Of a stretch of 64,000 nt of DNA, positions 37,701 to 51,500 are shown one piece after another. Within the stretch, counting starts at the first letter, position 1, and each line of letters begins with the position of its first letter. Origin of the DNA: Lytechinus pictus (lineage: Eukaryota); assembly GCF_037042905.1 (NCBI RefSeq), contig NC_087263.1, forward strand, positions 10,294,001-10,358,000, written 5' to 3'. Under the pieces are notes generated by a model that was not told where the DNA came from, made no database searches, and was given only the letters and a program-made list of their open reading frames with translations. Both the position numbers and the translations under genes were made by a program.

Positions 37701-40700
37701 GCCCGCATACAATGTATGCACCTTCTCAACACCCTGGGGAGCATTCCAACACGAGTTCCAAGACTCAATTGCTAGGCATACAACATAGGCTTTCGCATCC
37801 TACCAGGTACCCATTTAACACCTGAATGGAGAGTGGCAAAGTGTGGATTAACGCCTTGCCAAAGGACGCTAGGCCATGGTGGGATTCGAACACACGATCC
37901 TCTGATTACAAGGCGAGAGTCAGAACCGCTACACCACAGCGCTTCCACATACTAAGATTCTAACCAGTGATTGGTCAAAACTACATCCTGCTAATAAGAT
38001 AATAGTATACAAATAATACACATTATCAAGGGCATTGGTTAGAATTATATACCTCATACTAAGATTCCAATCAGTGATTGGTCAAAACTACATCCTGCTA
38101 ATAAGACAATAGTATACAAATAATTAACATCAAAGGCATTGGTTGAAATTATATACCTCATACTAAGACTCGAATCAGTGATTGGTCAAAACTACATCCT
38201 GCTAAAATTATCAAGGGCATTGGTTAAAATTATATACCTCGTACTGAGATTCTAATCAGTGATTGGTCAAAACTACATCCTGCTAATAAGATAATAGTTT
38301 ACAAATAATACACATCATCAAGGGCATTGGTTAGAATTATATACCTCATACTAAGATTCTTATTAGTGATTGGTCAAAACTACATCCTGCTAATAAGACA
38401 GTAGTTTACAAATAATACACATTATTGAGGACATTGGTGACGATTATACACCTCATACTAAGATTCTAATCAGTGAATGGTCAAAACTACATCATGTGAC
38501 TCAGTGCAGTTCTGTCTATCACTGTCTCAGGGGTTTTAATTGCTATATATTTCTTCTATCACCCCTTTGATAGAATGAATAAACATGTGGCAGGGCAAAG
38601 GATAGAATGAATAAACTTTGTCTAGGACCAGAGTTGATGCTCCTATGCACAGCCCAATGGCTGAAATAACCGGTATATGTTTGTCGCTGTTAAACAGCAG
38701 CGCAGCACATTACCATAATGGTCCCCTAGCTGTTCTGGTCTTAGCCTCCATTTGTGTGAATGTGCTGAACACTTCTCTGACAAAACTAACTACAAGCCTG
38801 TGTTAAGAAAAATTTGGACACAAAGAGTGTGGCTGATTTGGGGTAATTCTGTGTCCAGCGGAGCATTTCATTAACAGTTTTGTCTGACAAGTTGTCAGAT
38901 CTGACAACTCCCCATGGCTTAGAACCACTGTTGCTATAGTAACTGTCGGATAAAACGGGACTTGTCAGGTAAAATGTCTGACAAGTCTTTTCATGAAATG
39001 CTCCCCAGGTATCCTTGCCGATTTTTTTTATGGGAAACAAGGTTACCTGACATTCATCAATATAGCATGGGTCCAACACCCACAACATTAATTGAGGCCT
39101 TCAAAAGAAAAAAAAGATAGAAAAAAGGGATCTTGTTTCATAAAGAGTTATAACTATTAAAACTTTGCTATTATGGCAACTACCATGGTCACAGGTTTCC
39201 GCAGCCAATCATAATCAAGACGTCCATGGAAGTTACAATAATGACAAATTTATTTAATCTTTATTCAGCAGCCCCCTCAAGAATTGATTGGATATCATCA
39301 GGTGTTAAACTCACCTCTTTTCTCTGTTTTTCTCTCAGTGCTTTCTCGGCAGCAATCTTCCGTTGTCTCTCCGCCTCCTCCTTCATGGCTTTCCTCTCTT
39401 TCTCCCTCTGCTCCGCCTCCAGCTGTCTCCTTCTTTCCTGCTCCTTGCGCTCCTTCTCTCTGTAAGGGTACAATCAATATAGGATGTAGTACTTTGTGCT
39501 ACTCACAGTCAATATGTGAACCTCATCCACAAAATATTTGAAGTTTGATAACCAACAAAATACAGTGGGATCATTCATGTTGAAACCTTAGTAACTAATG
39601 ATAATGAAAATCCTTACGCTCCTCTCTGTAAAGGTACAATCAGTATTAATAGGATGTGGTATTTAGTGCAACTTATCTGTCAATATGTGAACAAGTTTGT
39701 ACTGTTCAATTTAGAAATTAGAAATAGAAATCCTAAAAAATATTCATTTTGCCCAACTGATAGTGGGCCCGGTAGCCACTGAGCAGCCCAAGATCTTTAT
39801 GAATCAGCCCCACTTATCAGCCCCAGATTGGCGTAGCTCTATCCCTTAAATCATAGAACGTAAAACTCGGTAGGAGTAACTCTAATATTTTAACGTCTTT
39901 TGGAGTGACGCGGCCTGGACTTTAACTCCAGGTTGTGAAACGGATGCTTTACCAACTGAGCTTACACACCAGTATAATGTAACTGTAACATGCTGTGAAA
40001 AAAAACCCCACACATTCATCGTTGGACACTTTCCCAATACCCACTGAATTAAGCCTAATTAGTACAAGATATCTGCATAAAATCATTTCTAACCATGGAG
40101 TAGGAACCATCTTTGTGCATTAATACATATGTGAAACTTATCTACAACAAACCAAGTTGCAAAAGGAGGTTCACTGTAAAACTTAAAAAACATGAAAGTA
40201 CAGGTTGTAAAATGAATCTTCTGATAGTTGGTGTTTTCCGAAACGGAATTCATCTATAATTATCTGTCAAACTTTCAGACAAATATAGGCACACTGTTTC
40301 TATTTTAGCAATCCCTGACTAACAACTTGTCATCGATATCAATTTCATGAAAGAGGATCCTAACCTTTCTTCCCGCAGTCTCTGCTGTTCTCTCTTCTTG
40401 GCCAGCTCCTCCTGTCGGAGTCTTTCTTGCTTCAATCGGAGCTGCTCTGCCTGTTGTCTCTGCTCCTCGGCTCGACGCTGCCTCTCCAGCTCCTCGTACT
40501 CTCTCTTGCGATCCATCAGGTGCTGATGACGACGCTTCTCCTCTTCCTGCGAGCACATGCGGGAGAGATGCAAAGAAATTAATATATGGGCCCCGTCTTA
40601 CAAAGAGTTGTGACTGATCCAATCAACATCAACTATGTGGAAATCCATCAATGTCACAATTTTTTCTTCAGAAATTGCACAATCATCTTAGGAAACAGAG

Positions 40701-43700
40701 AATCACACTGAGTTTTCAAGAAAATGATGAATGTATGAATATACATCTTTATCTATAAAATATTTTGAACAAATTTGCATTTTAGATGTCAACATTGCTG
40801 GTATTCCATAGTTGTGGTTGATTGGATCAATCGCAACTCTTTGTAAGAGGGGGGCCCATGCCTACGACAGGCGCACACCACAAGATCCGACCATTGCCAT
40901 CCTATTTTCAAAGAGATACTTAGCATTTATAACTCCAGCGGGTTAGTCTTGAGTTGCAAACAAAATGATTGCACCCTAACTACATACGGCAACAAGATGA
41001 TTTTGTTATGGCTGATAAATTCAAGCAAGGAAATGGAAGAAAAATTTATGGAATGCTGTATTATTTCTTAAAATGCTGATACCCTGTTTTAGCATTTTAA
41101 GCACTTCTGAGTTTCCAATGCAATGAAGACACTATGAACTATGCGAGATAGGCCCAAATTCACAAAAGAGGTAAAACTAGAACAAGGGGGTCCAAAACAA
41201 TGGACTTAGCAGATTTTTAGTACAATTGTTCTTATTCTAGCCTGAATTCAGCGCCCTCTGATAAAAGCGTGCATTTATCATGGGACCATCTCAGTCCACA
41301 CTCTGAAAGAATGCAATGATGAAACACAAGATCTGCGTAGTCTGTGATCTTGTCAGCCCTCCTAGTTTTAACCTCTTGTGTATGCAGGCCATGAAGCATA
41401 AAATGCTTTGTATATTGTATTGCTCTATTATGCACACATGTTCAGTTTCTTGAGCTTGCATTCATGAAAAAAAGAGAGAGATGGGCATTGTGGATGTGCT
41501 TTGGAGCTCCATATAGTCTATGTCAGCAATGAATCATGAGACATGGAGGGGGGGGGGGTGATTTAGTAGCAAAAGCAAGCATGACAAAGTCCCAAATAAA
41601 GTATGACACTGTATGTTGAGATGATATGCACAATTAAGTATTCCAGAATTCCACAACTATGAAGGTCAAAGTAGAAAGAAAGGAAAATAGAGTACCGAAG
41701 AAGTGAATTTCATATTAAACTACAGAGGTCAAAGTTCAAACTGATCTCTAAAATAGAGTAGCAAAGTAGTGATTTCCATATTAAACCAGAAAGGTCAAGC
41801 TGATTAATGTAAGCTATTCAAATCATTAAAATATGAAAATGAATTTGCTGTGATGCCAAACTTATGTACTCTAATGCAATGGAATCAGGTATCTTCGGCC
41901 TGGACCTGAAAGGTCTTTTCTTTTCACCTGTTCTTTTATTTTCCTCAGTTTAGCCTCCATCTCCTGTTTTCTCCTCTCCTCCGCTTCAATCTTCTTCTTT
42001 TCGTATGCTTTCATTCTCTGTTCTTCATCCCTCTTTCGTTCTTCTTTCTGCTTCTCTGTGAGGGTCTGTTGCAACAAGGGAAATGCAATGCCGGTTTTAA
42101 AATGTTCCATAATTAATTGCGAAGCTTTGAGTTACGGGCCCGTATTCTTAAGTTGGGTTTAATTCAAACTCTGGTCTAAAGTTGTGGCTAACTATGGATA
42201 GCCAATTGTGACATTCTGCAACAGTAGATGTTAAAGCGACCATTCATTGACAAATCATGGGGAAATCAAGGCTTATCTCAGAACAGAGAAGGGATTCAAG
42301 TCTTTCACTCGGCTGCATGCCAGGGGGTGTTATGTTATAGACGCCGGCATGTCTGGGAGGTCTTTAGGAGAGCATTAGTTTTAGTAGACTAACCAACCAG
42401 AAGTAAACTGCATGTTTTCACTTTGAAACATGTAAATTCACAGAGGTTATTTATTTTTGTTTAGCAATCAAGAGACCTGTTATGAGTCTAGGAATTGGGA
42501 TTGTTGGAAACTGGAACTGTGACGATCCGAAGTAAATAACCATAACGAGTTCGGTCAAATTCGCGCTGTCTAAACTTTTATCGCATTAGTCCGAACGGGC
42601 GCTCATGACGGACGGATTATATTACGCAATTCAATTGGCCTTTTCCAAATTTCGTATTGATTCAATTTCCCCATGATTTGTCAGTGGCTGGGCCCTTTAA
42701 CAGTATCAGCTCATTTGACTCTCAAATCATTCGTAAATGTCTGGGAAGGAATATAAGAAAATTGTCTTCAACACTGAAAAATAAGGAAAGAGCACAGTAA
42801 CCATAAGAAACATACCATGTGAACAAATTAAGACATGCTTGACTTCCCATAATATTAGCACAGAGTTAGACCATGGTCTGAGTTAAACCTGAGTTCAGAA
42901 TATCGGCCACGGGGTCTGCATGTAGGTGGGCGTTTCACAACGAGGTTCGTAAGTTACAAGCAACATTATGAGCGACTGGTGATCGTTTCTTGTGGTAAAT
43001 GCTATTTTAAATGGTATTGATTGAGCTCCTAAGAAAAGGTCACAAGTCGTTTGTAAGGTCGCTCATAGCTCACAAACAGATTTATACAACACCCTCCTGG
43101 CTCTGCAATATAAGTAAAGCTTTGGGAATGATTGTTATGCTGACCTCTATGAATGATTGCATTGGTAAATGAGCATGAAAGAGCAGTAATGAATGGATTA
43201 TGAGAGAAAATGCGAATGCAAACTTTGAGGCAGCTTCTACTGTGAAAAGTTATGTACAATTTGCAGGCCTACAGAACATTAAATTCAAATTGCACTTCTC
43301 AACAAAAAAAAAGAAATGAAAAAGATGGTAATGGTTTATGAGGGAGGTGGAAGGGGTTTCATGACATTTGCTCCAGTGACAATCGCTCCGATGGAAAATC
43401 TGCACATAAAGCGAAACATAAAACCTAGCCTCCAAAACTAAATAAACCCTAATCTTTACAACATTCTGAACCAAAAACTCTGTTTCAATCCTAACTCTAA
43501 TCCTATGCCCTCTGAGATATTTGGTCCCAAGCAACTGTCGCAGGAGCATATGTCGTGTCACCGGGGGAAAGAGGGGGGGGGGTAGCAGGCTTCTAACCTG
43601 TTTCTGCTCCTCCCTTTCTTGCATCTTCTGGTTCCTCTGCGCCTTCTCTTGCTCTTGTTGGGCTCTGGTCTCCTTAGCCCTCTTCATCCTCTCATCTCTT

Positions 43701-45558
43701 AGTCTGGAAAAAATAGGAATTCATGGAATACAATTTTGACTTTTCGTTATCTTTTGAATTATTGGCCAAACTACTAATTGAGTCTTCAAACAGAAAATTA
43801 GTTAAAGATAAATACCAGTATAGTTGTTTGCTGCAACTACTGTCTTTTACCTTTGATCTGAAAGAGTAATTTTTCTTCAGTTACTAGTATCAAAATTTTA
43901 AGTTGTAAAGTTGAATTAAACGACAAAAAACAAGAATATTTTAAACAGCATTTTTTAAAGCCTTAGAAGTTTCACTGAGACTGCTCACTATGTCATGTAT
44001 TCTGAACCTCAAACTTCCAACGTTTTCTCTGTAACTTTTTGAAGCTCTCACTAAATTTGTCCTTCATTCAATAAAGTACTTGCTTGGGTTATAGATGATC
44101 AATTTTGACAAGTTATAAATCATTTTATAGCTTAGAGTGTGCTTTTCAAGCTCAATTAAAATCTCAAAACTAATTTTTGGCCACTTAATGATTTTTGGGT
44201 GGTAGGTTACAAATATGCAAGAACAATTCTGGTTGATTCCTGGCCTACAGACCTGCCAACCTCTGGGAATGAATAATTGTATTCTGTGATAAAAAAAACT
44301 GTATTTTTCCAAAAAAAAACTGTATTTCATAATAAAATGCGTGGTGCACTCGCTCATCGCGGTGCTCAAGCTGCATGCAAGCTAAAATGTGCACTGCTCT
44401 TGCAGATGTAAAAAAAAAACATTGAAACATGTGTATATCTCACCCTGGTTTTAACAAAATGATAGAAAAAAAAAGTTACATGAAATTACATTGATGATAT
44501 TGATCTAATATTATATTTGTGTAAGTTTTATGAAATAGAGACATATAGAGATGATTTTTCTCAATAAATTACGATTTTGTAAATTTTTTTTTTTTTTTTT
44601 ACAAAAACAGATTTTTTAAAGAAAAAAAACGTACTGCCGTATTTTGGTTGCAAAAACGTACCAAATACGCCAAAAACGTACTGGCTGGCAGGTCTGGGCC
44701 TATGTTTTGAGCAAAACGTGCATGCAACAATAATCTTGACTAGTAATTACAGTTTGCCAATTGATTGCAACTTAGGCTTACAATCTAATACTTTGTTTTG
44801 TTGGTTTCATAGTTCAAATTTCTAATCATATTGCCCTGATTAATTACAAAATGCTGGGGAATATTTTCAAGAAAAGCAGGAAATTATTTGAATACCTACC
44901 TTTTCTGATCTGCAAGATTCTTTCGTCTCTCTTCGATTAACCTTTTCTTGATGCTCTCCTCTTTCTTTTGTTTCTCCATCAATTGTGCTTTCCTTTCTTT
45001 TTGCTGCTCCTGATAAAGTGAATAAAAAAATAATCGAAAAGAAACAAAACATAATAAACAAGTGCAACGCCTTTGGCAGTCTCGTGACTCTCGTCTGCAT
45101 TACGGGATTTAATAAAGCAGCAGTGCTGACTTTGACAACTAAGATAACAAAAAATTAAAAATGGCCTTTTCTGTTTCTGAAAACCTGTCATTCCATTTCA
45201 AACTTCATATGTAATGTGGAAATCCTCTTTTGGCATAGAAAATGTACATAACAATAACACGAAAGGTAAATTAATGAATTTTCTGAGTTCATTCAATTGC
45301 AAATTTTTCTAAAAAGGGCCCACACTATAATTACTTTTATAGACATGATCATAAAGAAGAAAATGGAAATTAAAAAAAAAAGAAAGAAAAAGAAACAAAC
45401 AAACAGAATGAATTAGAGAAGGGGGATCAGAAGAGAAAACATGAGTGAGAAATAAAGTGAGGAGGGTATGTGGAGGAAAGGGGGGGGGGAGAAAAACCGG
45501 CCAAAAGGATGGAAGATGAATAGGGGAATGGGAGAAAAATAAATTAAATATGGAAATA

Positions 45559-45589
<31 letters not shown>

Positions 45590-48500
45590 CAGAGAGCAGG
45601 GGTGAAAATGATCACAAATAAAAAGAGCTGGCCAAAGTTGAATTGAATGAGCAAAATCAAAAGCAAAAAAAAAAATAGATGGAATCAGCTAACAAGCTGA
45701 ATTCTCACCCTCCTGAGTGAAAGTGAAAAGGAACGGAAAAGGTAAAATGTGTTGGGGGTAATGTAAACTAAAAGAGCTAGATCCATCGTGTCGGTGCAAG
45801 AACGCCCTGGACACACACCACACTTGCACGAATTGCATGTGCACAAACATGGCCTTAGCAGCACGCATATAAATGCATTGCTTAAGGGCGTTTCTGCACC
45901 GATGGGATGCACGAAAGTGGTTTGCTAATAAAGGACGTTCTTGCATCAAACAACAAAGTATACATACCATAAAAGTTTTCTTTTGCGGTGTATTTCTTTG
46001 AATAAATGACGTGACAATGCCTCCGGACTGAGGTGTACCAATGGTAACTGGTTTCTTTTTCTTTCCTCCATTCAGTGTATTTAGGAATGATTTGGGATGA
46101 GGACGAATCACCTACATGTAGAAGGAAACAGAGAGAAATGTATCAAAATAACAACAAGAAATAAATTTTACAAAAGTTTTAAAGACAAATTAAACTTTGA
46201 AAAATATCAAATTTTCCATTTAGATGCCTGTTTAAAATGAAAATTCTCATCTACTAATTGGGCTAATGCAGTCAGTCCGCAAGCCCCTGTGTTAATGAGC
46301 AAATGAGCAAGATTTATCCAAGTCCTCTCGTGGCTGAATTCATGTCCCTGCAAAATCTCGTGAATTGTGAGACTTTCTTTCTCAAAGAATTTAACCACTT
46401 TCTCCTTGAGTAATATTGATTATTTTTGTACCATGGGCAAGAATAAATGTTACTCTTTTATATTGGTCATTTCTTTTGAATGAAATATTTTGATAAATAA
46501 CTGAATTTTTTACCTGAAAAGATGCATCAAACTGAAACAGAATTTTCTTCCTCTGTTTTCACTTGCAAATTGTGCAACATTTTGTGTTTTAGGCACCAAC
46601 ATTATTTATATCATCAGAAAGCTCAAACTCTATACTTTCTTACAATGTCACTCTTGATATGTGGCATCTTTTAGATGGGTCAGCAGCCAGCTTTTTCCAT
46701 CAAGATGCCAGACGAGATTTCCGAAATTTCTGAGTAACATAAAATCCAGAGTTCTGATTGGCTGAATACTGTTTTCAAAACAAACAGACGCGGGTAATTT
46801 GAAGAGATTAACACATGGTGAGTGTGACCTTGCAGAGGCCCAGTGTGGGGAACATTGGAATTTGCGTGGGTGTGTGGTCTCTATGACCAATCAGAGCGCA
46901 GTATTCTTGTTTTTGAGCTGTAAAATGTACTTGGCCTATGAAAAGCTGGCTGCTGACCCATCTAAAATACACCTTCTTATAAAAATTATATCATATTAAA
47001 GCTTAGATCTTCAGCTTTATCATGATCTAAAAATCATTTGTGCCCAAACAGATTTTTTAGTGTGAAAACAACAACTTTTGTTGCATGAAAAAAAATATTT
47101 TGTTTCATGTTTTAGATCAAAAGTTTTTCCTATATTACAACATTCTTTTAAAAATCCAAACACATGACCTGAAAGAATGATTCTTCTTCTTTACAAAGAT
47201 ACCAAAAACATGAAATTTGGTCAATATTTAGAGCAGCAATGGCCGAATAAAAAGAGGTGTTTTGGTTCGCACCAAGCTCATTAACTATGCAAAAACCCTC
47301 TAGTCATGAATATCACTTGGATAAAAGAAGCTACTTTTTCAGGGCTTGCGGACTGACTGAATGGGAATCAAAAGGATTAAGAATTGGATTTTGGCATCCG
47401 AGAAAGGGCAGCAAGGATACCAATCAGTTTTACAAACTGGGCCTGAAATTATTACCATATCAAATCTTGATGTGTGCTGTAGAATATATAAAGCATGAAA
47501 TAGAAAAATGTCAAGAGTCTGAAATCAGGCAAAGGCTAAAAAAGTTTCTTTAGGGCAAGAATGAATAACCTAAGACTGAATGTTTCATAAAGCTGTTTTT
47601 TAAATAACACAGGAGTGGAATATTTTCTTAGGTGCTAAGTCAGGTATATTATAGGGATCATACAGCAAAAGAAAGGGTCACCGGTCATGCATAAAATCAT
47701 TTGGAACTTATGAGATGAGAAATTTTATTAACACTCCACTGGGCCCAGACAGATTGTCGGTGAAACTTACCTTAGAGCGAGGGCACTCTGGTGATGGGGT
47801 CTTATCAATGATATCATCTGAACCATAGCTAGAGGAACTAGATCTGAATATAACAGTACAGACAATACAAAATATTTCCTAGAGCTTAAAAGTTTGACAA
47901 ATACTTTTGGTGCTTTACAGGATCATGCCATGTAAAACTACTGTAAGTCAACCGTTTTTCAACATTGGTTGGGAAATACGCCTAACACTTGAACCCGACT
48001 TTATATATGTACACTTTAAACTCGCATATTAAGAGCTTCATACAGTGTAGTCATTTATTGCCAAAAAGACATCTTTACATTTAAATGTTTACATGTACAT
48101 GAATGAGCACCAATGTACATGTAACTTTTCATGTGTACACACTGCTCAATGATACAATTACAAGCCCATGCGAGGAGTCTCCATCACAAGCACAAAAAGG
48201 GATTTCATATGGTATCTTTAAAAAAAAAAAAAAAACACTGGTAACCGACCAACACTGATTCCTTCCATGCTACCCCCCCCCCCCCCCCGGTAAGAGCTAT
48301 TTCAATTTTTATCCATTAGTTTGGCTGTACATATAAAAATGTTCAATTAAAAATGAAAAAAAAATCCATCCTTGACAAATTCATTCAAATGAATACAAAT
48401 ACATTTTTCAAAAATATAATAAATGACATGAAATGAAATTAATAATACATGTACACACCCTGTACTACCACTGGAAGTATTCGTTTCATCTGCTTGAGCG

Positions 48501-51500
48501 TTGAACCTGGGACTCTTCCTGACCGCTGGTGGTTCTTCGATGGTTTCTTCCTCAACGGTCGGTTCCAGGGAATCTCGTTCCATTTGATGAACAGCCATTG
48601 AAAGACGCTTGGAAAGCCTAGCGCTTGACCTCCTCTTACTACATGTAGACTACGGGGAGTGAAAGTTTTGACAGACACAAAGAAAAGATAAATGTTTACA
48701 GGTCAGAAAAGCTTGAATTTTTTTTCCTTGTCTTAGCAGTTTGTACAAAGATGAGTACATACAGAAATTGTGGTGAATGATGCTCTCTATTTAGACTGTC
48801 TTATAACCTTGAGACGGTTCCTGAAGGGAAAATTCTTTGTAAAGTAAAAATTTGTAGTTTAAAATTGAAATTCAGACTAGCAGACTGCTGTAATTAGAAC
48901 TATGATTCTCTTCTTCAGATATATTTTTTCCTTGAGGATGGGCCTACCATGACCATACTCCAATGGCTTCAACGCTAATGGAGTAAAATATAAATAGCAA
49001 GAACTATCTGGAAATTTCCTGTTTAAAAATGACTGTAACCAAAATATAATCATTGCTAACCAGGAATGGGTCATAAGTCATAGTTGTCAATTGGGCAAGA
49101 AAATAAATATCTCCAATTGACTTTCCACCCAAGACCTCAAAATCATAATGCACTCTGTCAAGAATAAATGACATAAAGTGGGAAATATCCCAACCCTGTT
49201 GCTAATGCCAACTGACCTGTCTTCCCAGATGCATACGCAAGTATGTTGATGACCTGGACTTGGACTCGCTCACAGCCATGGAGGATCGCCGACTGGATCG
49301 TCGAATGGATTGTCTTACACTTCTTCTCCTTGGTGGAGAACCCTCGAGGGAGTCCTGAGAAAGGGCCGTGTCATTAGCTGCAGCAACAGGATCAGGTTTA
49401 TCGTCATCATCATCTGACCGATGATTGTCCTTGAGGATCTCTTTGGTAGGAGTGTCTACAGGTAAGACTGCCCCAGCATCCTGCGTTGGCTGAGAAGTCT
49501 CTGAACTCTCTGGTTCCGCAGTTTCAGCAGGAGGGCTGACCTTGGCAACTTTGTCGGTTAGGCTAGAGAAGAATGCTGAGACCTCCTTGGCCTTCTCTTC
49601 ACCGAGGACAGCCTTAGCTTTCACCTGACCCTTCTTCTGCACCGGTTTTTCCCGAGGGACTGTAGCTTTAGAGCGGATTTTGAGACTGAGGATTGGACTG
49701 CTGTGAAAGGGACTTTTAGAGGCTGAAGAGGTTGGTGCCTTGGGGGTCTTAGGGCTGCAGGGAGCTTGGCCCAGTCTGGGCCGTTTGGGTGAACTTGCTT
49801 CCTCAGCAGTATGCACCTTAGCAATTTCTGTTTCATGGAGCTGGACGAGGCGCTTTACATGGTCCTTATAGCGAGATGCACCCGGTGTAGAAGGTGTCTG
49901 AGGAGTGCGAGCCACCTTGCTGCATAACCTCTTCCCACGTACAGAACCTGGCGTTGATGTAACAGGAGACTGGGTGACATTCTGTACGAGTCTGCTGCGT
50001 GCGGACTGACGTACCGTTGTTGCAGTGCGTGTAGCCGCTCTAGTAGAAGCCCGCACTGTCTTTGTCTTCACCGGAGGAGGTACAGTCTTTTCAGCTTTAC
50101 CCAGTGCATCTTTCTCCATTGCGGATGCATCACCTTCATTTTGTGAAGTCTCTGCCTCTGTACTGCTTTTCTTCTTCGACCCCCTTCCTTTCTTTGCAAC
50201 GGTTCTACTCTTTGGTCCTTGTTTGGCTGCTGTTCTAGCCGTTGAAGCCCTTGTTGAAGCTCTTGTTGCTCGCAACCTTTTGGCTGGTGGTGAAGCCTCT
50301 TCTTGTGTATTTTCTGGTTCAACAACCTCTTCCTTGACGGTCGCAGAAGGTTCTATTGCTTCTGATGGATGGACCGGAGGCGACTCCTTTTCTGGTGCAA
50401 GTTCTTTGGCCTTATCAACCTCTTCCTTAACAGTCAATGACGCTCTTGTTGCTCTGGACAGTTTGACCGGTGATGTTTCCATGTCCATCGCTTCAACAAC
50501 TTCTTCCTTGACCGTTGCTGAGAGGGGTTCAGGTGCACAGTTTGTTTCAACAGCAGCATTGACAGGAGACAGGATCTCCTCTTTGATCTTCTTGCGTGGA
50601 GGTGTGGCGATGGGTGGGCTCCTCTCAGCAGCATTCTTGAGGGCTTCCTTGTGGAAATCTGACATGGATTGTGATGACTGACGTTTGGAAGCCTGCCGGG
50701 CTGAAGCGCGACTTCTGTGAATGAGATGGAATTACACAAAATGGTTGAATTCTTTCACGAAGCCTGTAGTAGAGGGGACGACTGATTCAAATCTTATGAA
50801 CATTTTAGGATGAACTCTATTCTAATTAAATTTCAAGCTGAAATTCACTAAAATTCTATCGCTAAACAATAACTTTTTTATTGATGTGATGCTGTGGACA
50901 CACTTTGGCAAAAAAAAAAAAGTAGAAAAGAATTGAAAACAAAGATGTGATGAGAAAAAATAATTTAAGGTTTCATACATTAAATTAAACTGTAGTGCAG
51001 TCTAGAAAACAACATTTTGTGAAAACATGATTCATTATCAGAACTTATGAAACAGGCAATGTGCATGCCAATGTTCAAGACGATAATCAGGCTGCAATCA
51101 GCAGCCGATACCAGGGCCGGGGCTTGGGGGCTTAATAAGCCATCTGCAGAAAATGTACCATTGCAGGTCACATCACAATACTATTCATTTGGCTTTTAAA
51201 TAACTGCAGCTGCACTATATGAATAGGGCCTACTGTCGAAATGCACACTTATGAGAATTTGCTTTTTACTTTCTTTATTTTCATAGACTGACGTTGTAAA
51301 AATTTGATTGTTCATATTTTTGCTAACTTCGGAGGCGTTGTACAACACAAATAGTAAGTATTCTTAATCATGCATCGGTGAAACAAAGAGACAATCTATT
51401 CATCCAGAGCAGCTTTCTTTCACCTTATGTGAAATCACACTGTAATAGCTATTCGCTATTCATATACTGATAAATCTGTGATAGTACATGTAAGTCCCCA

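Noticed and set aside
49202..50665. 487-aa ORF as a stand-alone gene
   Set aside because: It is INCENP exon 3, bounded by an acceptor at 50715 and a donor at 49216.
50025..50681. 218-aa plus-strand ORF
   Set aside because: Antisense shadow of INCENP exon 3.
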